Source: Camelus ferus
Lineage: Eukaryota
Direction of reading: 5' to 3'
Length of the DNA: 64,000 nucleotides
NCBI RefSeq assembly: GCF_009834535.1
Contig: NC_045696.1
Location: forward strand, 2,854,001 to 2,918,000
This document shows positions 1 through 11,683 of the stretch, piece after piece (position 1 is the first letter of the stretch; each line of letters begins with the position of its first letter). The translations under genes were made by a program, and so were the position numbers. The notes under the pieces were generated by a model. The model saw only the letters and a program-made list of their open reading frames with translations. It was not told the DNA's origin and did not search any database.

Positions 1-97
1 AGACAGGTGCCCGGAAGCAACTGGCATGCAGATGGGGTGGGGGGCGGGGAGCTGGCTTCCTGACCTGTGGTCTGTCCCTTCTCACCCTTGTGCACAG

Positions 98-210
98 GCC
101 GTGAGCCCTGACGACCGCTATGTCCTCACTGCCGACCGGGATGAGAAGATCCGGGTCAGCTGGGCCACGGCCCCGCACAACATTGAGTCCTTCTGCCTCG
201 GACACACTGA
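98..210 (+). CDS. WDR4: WDR4 coding exon (equivalent to human exon 5): [37 protein letters not shown](E)
   Basis: Acceptor tgcacag|GCC and donor GA|gtgagt; 113 nt. Contains the Trm82/WDR4 motif TADRDEKIR and the WD40 GH dipeptide. The gene start lies upstream of the window. Confidence 0.96.
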
Positions 211-1229
211 GTGAGTCTCCCTGCTGCACGCCGTCCCCTAGGGAGGCTCAGGTCTGAGAGGCGGGTGGACCCCTCAGCTCGGGTGGTTGGTGGCTAGCGG
301 GAGGCGCCTCCTGGGAGGAGGGGACCGGCCAGTGCAGCCCATGCCTGCATTTGTTTGCTTTCTGTCAGCAGGTTCCCTGCAGAACCTCCCTCCCCTGCTC
401 AGAACCTGTTTCCCAGAGGTTGTCTCGCTGGCGCTGAGGGCTCGGTCCCCCACTCGTGGTCACTGCAGACGGGCTGGCCCTGCCACTGCTGGAGCCTGGG
501 CCCCCTGCCCAACCCACCCTTCTCTGCTCAGTGACTGTCCCCGGAGGGCCTGCCCCTCCTGTCAGGGCCTGGCAATGGGCGGCGCTCAGTAGGGGGTGCG
601 CTGAGGGCGAGGAACATGCTTCAGTAATTTAAAGGGTCTAAGAATCAAATCGTCGCTAAGGACCGAGGCGCTCGCTGGCTTTGTGACCCTGTCGCCTGGC
701 AAGCGAGCGCTGGCTCAGGGATCGGATTCTGACGTTATGTGAGGGAGGCATTTCTGAAGAATACCGCCCTCTTCAGGCAAAAGAGTCATTACAGTTTGTA
801 CAAAGGAGAAGTGCTTAGCTTGTTAATTGGCTGAAATGTTTTAAGTGACGTCATTTGAGGCAGTGGAAGAATTGGGGGGATTTAGCTTAGTTCTGAGATT
901 GCTCCTGTTCCCTTGATTTTGAACGGAATGTAAAAACTGACCTTTAAGAAGGTCAGTGCTGGCTCGGTTCATACTTCATGACAGTGTATTTTGGCTTTTA
1001 TTCGGTTGTCTGGTAAATCAGCTTCCAGAGTCCCTATGACCCGCAAGCCCTCTGGCCCTCGCCCGGTGGCCATGTCCCTGAAGTGCGTGCGGGCGGCCCC
1101 TGAGTGGCCGGGGAGCAGCCGGGCCCGGGGTGACAGGGCGTGCTCCCCACGTGGTGACAGGCTGCTGCGGCTGCTCAGGGTTTCTGGGGGGTCCCCGCGG
1201 CACCGGCTCACCCCGTCTCTCACCCGTAG

Positions 1230-1290
1230 GTTCGTGAGCCGCATCCTGGTGGCGCCTGGCCACCCTGAGCTGCTCTTGTCCTCCTCCGGG
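1230..1290 (+). CDS. WDR4: WDR4 coding exon (human exon 6 equivalent): (E)FVSRILVAPGHPELLLSSSG
   Basis: Acceptor cccgtag|G and donor GGG|gtaagt; 61 nt; phase matches the previous exon (GA+G=Glu). Confidence 0.95.
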
Positions 1291-3374
1291 GTAAGTGCCC
1301 CCCTGCGCGCGCCCCGGGTCCTCTACCCACCGGCTACCAGCCTGTCTTTGTTCTCAGCTGTGGTTCCGAAGTCACCATGTCCCTCTCCTGGTGGCCGTCC
1401 ACTAGATGGTGCTTGTGGTCCTCAGTACTGGCTGGGGCTTGGTCCTCGCTTCCGGGTTGTGCGTGCGTGCGCGCCCGTGTGTGTGTGTGAGCGTGTGTGC
1501 GCACTGAGGCGGAACGGGTATGCCTGGAGTCTCTTCTGAGGGCTCGTTACATTTGTAACAGCACCGGGGTCTCAGTTCAGACAGCTAGTGGACACCCTTT
1601 GTGAATCCTGGAGGGACCGCGGGGCTGTGAGCACACGGAGGGCCCGAGGCACTTGGCCTTGGCGGATGTTCTGCGTAAGCACAGCCGCCGGGGCCTGAAG
1701 CTGGACCCGCTGGGTGACTAAGGCACGTTTCGCTAAGGAATAATCTTTGAAAGGCTCACTAAGCAGTCCTTTTGCTGAAGCGCAGGTGTTGAATTACTAA
1801 TAGGGCCTGATTCTTCCCTTCTTTTCAGAGGCTCTGCCCCCTCCCTACACCCTGCCTTTTTGTGCAGTAGCTTTTTGTGCAGCTCAGGGGCCTGGGGTGG
1901 GCCAGGAGGGGGGCCCCCGTCCTCTCCTTCCAGGGTTGGGGGCACCACTTCCCGTTTCCTTCATCACGTGTGGTTTCTCACGGGTTTTGCTTTCCTGCTC
2001 TTCAAGGCAACATATGGTCCTGTGAAAGCCAGGAGAAGAAATAAACGTGCGCAGAGTTCCCAGAGATGGCCGGGTTTTGTGAATTTTGCTGTGCACCTCG
2101 TTTGTAATAAAAAAGAAAATACTCGGGCATGTGGAAAAGTGCACTGACCACCTTTGAACTCAGCACTTAACTGTGTCAGGTTCAATATTTTGCTTCTGCT
2201 CCTTTTTATAGGAACAGTGGGGCTGGCGCTGGGTCCCGGGGCCACAGGCCGCCTGGGCGTGCATGGTGTGGTTTGCCCTGCGTGCTGGGAAGTGCGGTGT
2301 GCAAGTTTGTTAAGAGCGTGTGGTTGGTTTGCAAAGTCAGGTACTGCTCCACGGCTTAGGACGGAACCCCCCCACTCCAGGCAGGCCCTGGAGCTCTCAG
2401 CTGTGCAGCCTGAGTGTCCAAACGACAGGGGTGACCAAGGGACTGGAGCTCCCGTCCTCTGCGTGGGAGGCGGTGCGTTCCTGCCTCTGCCCACCCTGCT
2501 TTGCTGGCAGTCTCCTGGTCTCCTGAAGGCACCCTGCCCCGCTCCCTGCCTGGTCTGGGGGGCACGTCGCCTGGCAGCTTCCTGGCGGCGCGGGCAGCAT
2601 GCGTGTTGGGAGGCTGGCTTTCTGGACGTGCCCTTTCTCTGCTCCCAGCGCTTGGTTGCAGGTGGGGGCGTGGTTCTTGCTCAGACGTCTCCCCAGAGCT
2701 CTTCACGGAGCTGCTGCAGAGTTTTCTGTTCAGTTGGCTTGGTTTTCTCCCCACTTTTTCTTTTGAGATGTTTGAGGCCGTTCTGAGTCTGCGTCCTTTG
2801 TGTGGGATCTGGTCTCCCTTCTCTCAGACCCTTTCGAGGGGGACCCTCTCACCCACTGCTCTGAAGGGTGATGGAGACGGGGTGGGGCTGGCGGGGCCTG
2901 ATGTGAGTCCCCTGCGTGGCCAGCGGCTCTGCTCTGAGTCTTCAGGTCCATAGTCCTGGGCGTTTCCTCGTGTTCCTGCCCTCCGGTGCGCGCTTCGGGT
3001 GGTGGAGTCGGGCCCCGGGCTGCTTCCTTGTGGGGACCCACAGTCCATCTGGGTCAACCCTTCTTTCTTCCGTGGGGGTCGGCTCCCCCTTCTTCACTTT
3101 TTTTAGGGGGGCTGTGGCTCTGCGAGTATCTGGTGTCCCTGAGGCCAGGGCCTCATGTTCCCCGTATCTCAGGATGTGTTGACGTTTCCTGTGGTTGTCT
3201 CAGTCCTGGAGGGCCCGCTCACTAACACCCCTTGCCCCCTAGAGGGCTTTGGGGTCAGTGGGAACACCTGCAGACACGTGTTTGTCTCCATGTCTGCTCT
3301 ATTCATGGCAAGATATGTATACTTGCATCCCAGTACCCAGAGATTCTTGTTGCCAGCTGTTCGGTGGACATTAA

Positions 3375-3499
3375 TTTTCTTTCTTTTTTTTTTAATTGTT
3401 AAAAAGTTATTTTATTTGTTTTTAATGGAGGGAGTGGGGATTGAACCCAGGACCTCATGCATGCTAAGCACACGCTTCACCTGAGCTCTACCCTTCCCG
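3375..3499 (-). mobile_element. tRNA-derived SINE, camelid vic-1-like
   Basis: Reverse complement reads GGGTAGAGCTCAGGTG..AGCGTGTGCTTAGCATGCATGAGGTCCTGGGTTCAATCCCC plus an A-rich tail (A/B-box-like); the same element recurs four more times in the window. Confidence 0.8.
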
Positions 3500-3769
3500 C
3501 ACTTTTCCTTGTGTTGTTTTGGTCACTTAAAAGTGTTCACGAGGCAGGCAGAAGTTCTGTCTCGTTCGACTCAGTGTTCGCCCCGCAGGCGCACGTGGCC
3601 TGTGCGTGCCTGTTGTAGTAACGGGGCCACGCTCCGCGGGAGGGGTCTTCCCGTGCTGGATGCTGGTGTGGGCTCAGCTCCTTCACTCCCTGTCTGGTTG
3701 TTGTCCGTAGATGCACAGTTCTGTTTCCCTCCATCCTAATGAGTGTTGTCACAAGTGTTTCTTTGGGTT

Positions 3770-6000
3770 GGCTTATCAGGTGTCAGTATCACACGTACAA
3801 CGTTGTATTCTGCCTTCTGCACGCTACCACGTGCTCATCGCCAAAAGTTTAGTCTCCGCGTGTCACCGTGCAGTTGACCCTCTGCCCATTGTGCCCCCCA
3901 CCCCTTCCCCTCTGGTAACACCGCTCTGTTCTCTGTATCTACATGTTTTTGTTCGGTTTGTTTATTTTTATATTCCATGTGAGTGGAATCATGGTGTTTG
4001 TCTTGTTCCATCTGACTGACTTCACTTGTTATAATGCCCTCCAGGTCCATCCATGTTGTTGCAAATGGCAAGATTCCATCTTTTCTATGGCTGAGTAATG
4101 TTCCAGTGTGTGTGCACACGCCACATTCATCTGTTGATGGACACCTGGGTGGTTCCCATTTCCTGGCTGTTGTGAATAATGCAGCAGTGAACAGAGTGGT
4201 GCAGGTAGCTTTTTAAGTTAGTGTTTTTCTTCCCAGGAATGGAATTGCTGGATCATATGTGTGGTAGTTCTGGTTTTAATTTTTTGAGGAACCTCCATGT
4301 TGTTTTCAGGAGTGGTTGCAGCAATTTGCATTCCCAGCCGCAGTGCACAGGGCTCCCTTTTCTCCACATCCTTGCCAACCTTGCTGTTTGTGGTCTTTTT
4401 GATAGTAGCCCTTCTCACAGCTATTGTGGTTTTATTTTTAATCTTATTTTTTATTGAAGTATAGTCGATTTACAGTGTTAGTTTCAGGTGTACAGCACAG
4501 TGATTCACTTATGTATATACATACATTTTTTTTCCAGATTCTTTTCCATTACAGTTTATTATAAGATATTTATGTACGTATGTATGTATTTTTTTTATTG
4601 AAGTACAGTCAGTTTACAGTGTGTCCATTTCTGGTGCACAGCACAATCCTTCAATCATAGAGGAACATCCACGTATTTGTTTCTGTATTCTTTTTAACTA
4701 TAAGTTCCTACAAGATGCTGAGCGTAGTTCCCCATGCTGTACAGTGGACGCTTGTCGCTCATCTGTTTCACATGCAAGCCGTGTGTGTCTGCAGACCCTG
4801 CATGAGCTGTGGTGGTTCTGATTTGCTCTTCCCTGATTAGTGCTGTTGAACATCTCTGCACGTGTCTGCTGGCCCTCCGTACGTCTTCTTTAGAAAAATG
4901 TCTATTCATATCCTCTGCCCGGGTTTTTTTGTTGTTGAGTTGTATTCTTTGGTTATTTCTTTTGCTGTGCAGAAGCTTTTTAGTTTAAACATACTCAGAA
5001 AGATGTTGCTAAGACCAGTGTCAAGAAATGTACTGCCTGTACGTTCTCTTCTTCTAGGAGTCTTATGGTTTCAGGTCTTACATTCAGGTTTTTAATATGT
5101 TTCAGGTTCTTTTTTGTGTTTGGTGTAAGATAGGGGTCCAGTTTTATCCTTTTGCATGTGGCTGTCCAGTTTCCTCCACACTGTTTATTGAAGAGACTGT
5201 CCTTTCTCTGTGGAATGTTCTTTGCTCCTGTGTTGTAAGTTAATTGTTCACATATGCATAGGTTTATTTCTGGGCTCTCAGTTCTGTTCCATTGATCTGT
5301 GTGTCTGTTTTTCTGCCAATACGATGCTGTTTTGATTTCTGTGGCTTCGTAGTGTAGTTTGAAATCAGGGGTGTGATGCCTCCAGCTTTGTTTTTCTTTC
5401 TCAAAATCGCTTTGACTATTTGGGGCCTTGTGGTTTTATGCAAATTTTCGGGCTTGTTCTATTTTTGTGAGAAGTGTCATTGGGATTTTGATAGAGACTG
5501 GATTGCCTGTCAGTTGCTTTAGGTAATAATGGACATTTTAACAACGTTAATTCTTTCAGTCCATGAACATGAATTATCTTTCCGTTTGTTTGTATCTTCG
5601 GTTTCTTTCAACAGCGCCTCACGCTTTCCAGTGTGCGGGTCTTTCGCTTCCTTGGTTAAATTTACTCCTAGGTATTTTATTCTTTTTGATGCGGTTGTAA
5701 ATGGGGTTGTTTTCTTAATTGCTCTTTTAGTTTGTTGTTAATGTATAGGAATACAACAGAATTTTGCACATTTTGTACCCTGCAACTTTACTCATTTATT
5801 ATAATCTCGTTTTTTTGGTGGAGTCTTCAGGGTTTCCTTGTATAAAATCACATCATCTGCAAACAGGGCAGCTTTACCTCTTCCTTCCCGGTTTGGATTC
5901 CTGTTCTTTTCCTTGTCTGGTTGCTGTGGCCGGGACTCCCAACGCTGTGTTGGATAGAAGTGGCGAGAGTGAGCATCCTCGTCTTGTTCCTGATAAATCC
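3770..6000 (-). mobile_element. LINE-1 remnant (ORF2 RT to 3' end) with nested younger L1 3' ends, antisense in a WDR4 intron
   Basis: Minus-strand translations include LFADDVILY (RT motif), ILPFATTWMDLEGIITSEVSQ and MNRHFSKED, typical of L1 ORF2. Confidence 0.9.
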
Positions 6001-6441
6001 CCCCTTTTTGCATCTGTAATTTTGGAGCCCACATGAGGCTGTTCGGGTTGACGCTCTCACGGGTAACAAGTGGACGTCCCCATCACCCGCTCTTAAACCG
6101 TGCAGTGGACAGTTGTCACACACTCATTAGTCCCACATGTTTTTCCCTGTGTGGATGCGTTCTCGTTGATGGGCACATGCGTGTGTACACATGTGTGTAT
6201 GTGCTTCCAGCCCGAGCACCACAGACGTGGCCTCTGACCTGCACGTGACGGGGTGTCTTGTGTCCTGTCCCGTTTGCTGTGCGGGGCCTTTCCTCCTGAT
6301 GTGCATGACTGCACAGTCGTCAGTAAGAGCAGAGAGCCTTCAGCTGGGAAGGGCGCACTGGTCGTCGCCGAGTTAACCCTCCTGAGCTGGTGGGGCCTGG
6401 GTGCTTTGGGGCGCCTTGCTAACCGTCCTTGGTGTGTGCAG

Positions 6442-6540
6442 GACCGCACCCTGAGGCTCTGGGAGTACCGGAGCGGCCGCCAGTTGCACTGCTGTCACCT
6501 GACCAGCCTGCAGGAGCCAGCGGAGCCCTGGGGCGACAAG
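6442..6540 (+). CDS. WDR4: WDR4 coding exon (human exon 7 equivalent): [33 protein letters not shown]
   Basis: Acceptor gtgcag|GAC and donor AAG|gtaacc; 99 nt; completes the WD40 repeat (SGDxTLRLWE). Confidence 0.95.
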
Positions 6541-7870
6541 GTAACCTTACGTTTGTCTGGGGTTTACCAGGGGCTGGTGGGGACCTCTCCAGTCACTGGG
6601 GTCCTGTGGGAAAATCCTTTTACATTGGAAACGGCTCTTTGATGTCAACACAGACCTCTTCCAGCTCAGGAGAAATCACGTGTTTCGGATTTTGAAGGTA
6701 CCTAGTCACGTGAGTGGAAAGTAATTTATATCTCGCTGTGTTGCTGTTCAAACCACTGATTTACAGAAAAGTCTCTAGTCCTGCTGGGAAATGGAAGAAA
6801 TAGTGGTGCCTGGGTAGGGAGCTGAGATCACCAAGTGTTCTCTCCCTCTGCCTGTTGGGGGTCAGTCTCATGTCCCAGAATGACACGCTGGCCAGTCTGT
6901 CCCCAGGTCAGGGTACCTGGGCCTTTGTGAGGGAGATTTTTCAGGGGAGCAGGATTCTCCGCCCTGATGCTCCCACATGGGTGCCCTGTGCAGCTCTGGT
7001 CCAGGTGGTCCATGAGGGCATCCCTGCCAGCTTCCCAGAGGCTCACCTGGCCTGGTGGGGAGGGAGGGTCTGCAGAGCTGGCCGAGGGCTGGTGTCTCAG
7101 TGGCGGGGTGGCAGCCCACTGGACGTAGCTTCCCCGTGCATCTGATGAGTCCTAGGTGTGAGTTGAAGGGCTCTCCAGCCTCGTCCTTGGCTCGGCTTCT
7201 TGGTTCTCTTGTGCACCCTGAGAGCGCGGCCCCCAGCCCAGTGGCTGCAGGGGCCTCCAGGTCAGTGGACTCCAGCTACTCTGGCCGCCCCTGCGGGTGC
7301 CTCCCCCTTGGGTTTCTGCAGCCCTGGGGCCCCCTTTGGAGCTGTGGCGAAGAGGTGTGGTTGTTCCACTGCCTTCCTCACATCTGCGCCCTCCTGCACC
7401 ACCTGCCTACCCCGGAACAAGCAGGTTCCTGGCCCTGCGTCTGGCCCCGCGCCTGCACGAGCCTGGGGGCTTCTCGGGACCTCGCACTTCCCGTCTGGGA
7501 GCCCCCAAGAGGTGTGCGTGGCCCCCTCCCGTTGTTTCTTCTCTGTACTCCTGGCTCTGACCCTGGGATGCGTCAGCATGCACACAGCTGCCCATGGTTG
7601 ACAACTCCTCTCTCTTCCCTGTGTTCTCCGCCCTCCTCACTTTCTCACCGGTTCTCTTGGCCTTGGAGACATGCTACGGACCTGCTCTGTTGTCTGTCCC
7701 ATGTGTCACCTGTGAGCTGGGCCTGCACTGGTTTCCAGAGAGTTCTGCACTGTCTCTGCCCGTCGAGGACCACACCTGAGGGCTGTCAGTGTTGTTCTCT
7801 GTTTGAGCAGAGCAGCCCGGCGTCGGGTCCCTGATGGGACATCACTGAAGCCACTGCCTTTTCCTTTCAG

Positions 7871-7935
7871 AGGTTTGCCGTGTCCAGGATCACGTACTGG
7901 CGCCAGGAGGACTGCGTGGCGCTTCTGTGCGACAG
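7871..7935 (+). CDS. WDR4: WDR4 coding exon (human exon 8 equivalent): RFAVSRITYWRQEDCVALLCD(S)
   Basis: Acceptor ttttcctttcag|AGG and donor AG|gtgggc; 65 nt; resembles recalled human [21 protein letters not shown]. Confidence 0.93.
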
Positions 7936-8691
7936 GTGGGCTCACGCGGAATTGCTCCTGGCTCCCTCAGACCCGCGAGGGAGGGGTAGATGGGCTGTGC
8001 CGTTGGCCCCGTGGCCTGCGTCTCCTGAATCGGGGGGTTTGGACCTCCCTGCAGTGAGTGTCACTTGATGAGCGCTGCTGTTGCCGGGCGGTGGGTGGGG
8101 GCTGGGGTGGGCGGCCCTTTCTTTATGCTGGCTTCTTACTTGGTATTTGAATCCACTAGCATCAAGGTCCTCTGTGCAGATAGAGCCCCAGCTGAGGCTC
8201 AGTGGTGGCAGGATCCGGCTCCGTCAGTCCCAGCCGGGAATGGTAGATTCCACCCGAGGGCTGGCGGTGCTGATGAGGCGGGTTTAGGATGCACCTGCCA
8301 TTCAGCTGTTTCCTCCTGAGCATAGTCTGTGTGTCAGGAAAGGTATTTGGTGCCCCCTGTGGTTCTCACTTATCCTTACCACAAGCCCTCGCTCGTACTG
8401 GGAACGAGGGTGCAGGGCCAGAGGGTAGAAACGGCGGCAGGAAGTGGCTGGGTGCCGCGCCTGGTGTCCCAATGGTGGCGCTGCCCGTGGAACGGCCGTC
8501 TTCTCCGCACGTTTCCTTTTGTCTCTGCTGCCCGAGAACTTAGACTGGAACTTAGACTTACATCAGGGTTCCCGCGGCTCGGCGGCTGGCTCAGGGTGTC
8601 ACGGGGTGGCGGCCGGGGTATGCCGCGGGGCTGGCCCGGGGCTGAGTGGGCCCTGCGGGAGCTGTGGCAACTGTGCCTGCTCTCCCCGCAG

Positions 8692-8875
8692 CCTCCCCGT
8701 GGTCTACCTGTTCCAGCTCGATGCCCCCCGGCAGCAGCTGGTGTACAGACAGCAGCTGCCTTTCCAGCACCGAGTGTGGGACGTGGCGTTCGAGGAGGGC
8801 CAGGGGCTGTGGGTCCTGCAGGACTGCCGCGAGGAGCCCCTCGTGCTCTGCAGGCCTGTGGGCGGCCAGTGGCAG
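8692..8875 (+). CDS. WDR4: WDR4 coding exon (human exon 9 equivalent): (S)[61 protein letters not shown]
   Basis: Acceptor ctccccgcag|C and donor CAG|gtgaga; 184 nt; in frame with its neighbours. Confidence 0.95.
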
Positions 8876-9680
8876 GTGAGACGTGCTGGGCCCCTGCTGT
8901 CCCCTAAGCCGGGGGTGGGGTGACAGCTGTGGCCCCTTCCAGCCTGGTCACGTTGGTGCCGGAGGCTGTGACCTGTTGGGGCAGTGGCCATAGGGCTTGT
9001 GCCGTGGGTGCAGGCAGCTGGGGCGCCGGGCCAGGTTCTCAGTGTCTTGATGCCTGCAGTGGGGAATTGCCATCATGAGCCTATTTCCCCTGTGACTCCT
9101 GGTCACACGTCTTTTAAGGACAGATGCCCACGGTCGGTGAGCCTTGGGTGTGTGTCCTTAACATCTGCAGGCTTAGCACGGCCTCAAACTGGGGCTGCGG
9201 TCCTGCTGGACACCGAGGGGGCCACCCTCGCAGGTGGCCTGGATGAGCAGGCCCGGGTGTGTCTCAGGGTGCTGTGGAGGGGCAGGTGGAGCTCACGGAG
9301 CCCTTTGCAGACTGGCGCGTCCCGACGAGTCTTCGGCGGCTGAGCACCCTGCAGCTGCCCGACCGCTCATTCAGGCACTTTGATCTGAAAAGGAGCCGTG
9401 AGCAGGCGCCACCGCCGGGGCTGCTCATGGTTTGGGCTCCCTGCACGGTCACCCGCGATGAGCACTGGTGCCCTGCGTTTCCTCACGATGGGGTGGGGTT
9501 ACTGCCAGGTTTCCTGGGCCAGAGTGAACGTGCCTGTGCGGCTGGTCTTCATGCAGAGCTTTCTGGGGCGTCTCCAGGTGCAGAGGGCAGGCTCCCCCCG
9601 GCAGAGCTGCCCGTTCTTGGCCGCAGCACCGGGGGGCCGGCCCTCCCTCTTCTGACGAAGGTTTCCTTCCATCTCCTCAG

Positions 9681-9750
9681 GCTGTTCCTGAAAGTGCCGT
9701 GGTGAGGAGAGTCTCTGCTCACCTCCGTGGGAACTGGGCTGCGCTGGAAG
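9681..9750 (+). CDS. WDR4: WDR4 coding exon (human exon 10 equivalent): AVPESAVVRRVSAHLRGNWAALE(G)
   Basis: Acceptor tctcctcag|GCT and donor AAG|gtgagg; 70 nt; LRGNW motif. Confidence 0.94.
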
Positions 9751-11090
9751 GTGAGGGTGCCTGCCTGCCTTCAGGGTGGCGTCCAGACGCGGGCGCGGCT
9801 GTGGAACACGGTGCCCGGCGGGCAGGAAGCCATCTCTGCGAGGGGGGTCATGGGCGGGTGGGGCACCGAGGTGGAGACCCAGCACAGACACTGGGTGTGA
9901 GTCCTCATCAGGGCGACTGCGCTGCCTGGGGACGGGGTCAGAGCCACGCGCCGCAGTCAGCTGCTAGGCCCGGGGGAGCCACGCTGTTGGCCCCATTAGA
10001 GGACAGTAAATGCTGAGACCCCCGCCTTTGTGGGTAGAAGGCAGACTCTTAGACACGCGGCTTCTCTTGGGCCCAGGCTTGAAGCAAGTGTCTGGGGGAC
10101 TATGTTAGGTCAGCATTGGAGTTCAGGTGCCTTCACGCAAAGAAATTGCTCAGGAGACGTCGTGCGAAGACAGACGGGCCTCCAGTGGGACGTCGTTCCC
10201 TGGAGCTCTTGGGGAGACAAACGTAGTTTCTGTCTATGCAGGGGCGGTGTGCATGGCCCCTCGTGGGACTCGTGGGCTCTGTGCCCCACAGGTAGTGCCC
10301 ACCCTCTGTCCTCCTGGGATCAGGGGGCTGCAGTGGTAGCAGGAGTGTCTGGACCTCCCCAGGGTGGGAGCGACATGCAGGGCCGGCCCGGGCCTGGCCT
10401 CGATGTCCTAAGAGCTTCTGCAGATCAGTGAGCCTGTTGCCACGGATGTGGAGGAGGCGTGATCGGGTGGTGCCCCGGGGTGGGGTGCCCCATGGGGAAG
10501 AGAAGCTGACCTTGAAAACCACGAAGGGCAGAAGAGTTGGAGGGAGCCAGGAGGGCGCGGCGGTATAGGGGGGGCAGGGTGGAGAGTGCACAGTGCTGGG
10601 GGGGCCCGGGAGCTCCTGCCCGGGCGCGGTGGGCTCCGTGGGGCTGGTCTGGGCCTGTCCGGCTCCTCAAGCCTCAGCACCAACCAAGCCTCTTGCTGCA
10701 TAGCATGTGCTTCCCGGTTCAGACAACGCACGCTGTTCACCTCACTGTTTCTCCGGCTCCCGCTCACGTCCACCTGTGGCGGCGCTGCATCCAGGCCACT
10801 CGGGGGTTTCAGGATTCAGGTCCCTGCAGGCTGGAGGGCACCCCCAGCACGAGGGAACATGGGCACCAGGATGCAGGCACAGGCTGTGAACCTGGTCTCC
10901 CATTGACCCTCCGGCCTTCGCGAGTCCTGGATCCAGCCAGGTGTGGTGACGGGGAGGTGGCCGTGTTGGAGAAGGCACCACAGGCCTGCTGGGAACTGGG
11001 TGGTCACCAAGTCCACTCCCTGTTGCAGGAGGGTCCCCCGCCCCGAGCCCCCTATCCTTCCTGACACCCGCTCCTGCCTCTCCCGCGCAG

Positions 11091-11251
11091 GCTGTGCTGG
11101 CGGGGACAGTGGCCTCAGCGGCCTCTACAAGGCCACCTGTGACAACGTGACCTCGTACCTGAAGAGGAAGGAGGAGCGGCTGCAGCAGCAGCTGGAGAGG
11201 AAGCGACGCAGGACCTGCCCCCCAGGCCCAGCGGGCCGGCCGCGGAGGTGA
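11091..11251 (+). CDS. WDR4: WDR4 last coding exon: (G)[52 protein letters not shown]
   Basis: Acceptor tcccgcgcag|GC; C-terminal helix [20 protein letters not shown]; TGA at 11249-11251. Confidence 0.93.
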
Positions 11252-11677
11252 AGGCCGGGCGGCACCCGAGACAGCCCACAGCCGCGGAGGGCCCGGGGGC
11301 AGGGCAGTCCCGCCCTCAGCCCGTGCCTGGGGGCCGTCACCTGGGCTCTAGAACTACTGAGCAGAGGCTCTTCTGCCTGAGTCCAGAGCCCCTCTGGCTG
11401 AAGGAAGTCGTGCCGTGTGTCAGCTGAACTGGAGATGCTCCCTGTGAGCCGGAAGTGCCTCGGACGGAGCCCCTTCCCTTCGCGCTGGAGGGATGTCACC
11501 CCCAGTCGTGGCCCCCGTCCCTCCCGCTCGTCCCGCAGCACCTCCCGTGCCGGCCGCGCCCGCTTCACAGCAGCGCGGGGGAGCATGTGCTCCTGTCTCC
11601 TTGTCTGCTGGGTGGTCCTCCACGCCGCCCAGCAGGCAGCCCCTCGCCTTGGGCCTCCATGTTGAGACCTCAGAGGA

Positions 11678-11683
11678 ATTAAA
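11678..11683 (+). terminator. Candidate WDR4 polyadenylation signal (ATTAAA)
   Basis: First canonical-type hexamer after the WDR4 stop, with GT-rich sequence further downstream; no transcript evidence available. Confidence 0.3.

Noticed and set aside
7055..7834. 259-aa ORF in a WDR4 intron (and similar ORFs at 2154-2786, 14266-15063, 22105-22770)
   Set aside because: No homology I recognise, low-complexity composition, and no supporting gene structure.
8537..8560. Short direct repeat gaacttagact x2 (also ttaagtacg x2 near 16429-16452)
   Set aside because: Only two copies each, consistent with replication slippage.
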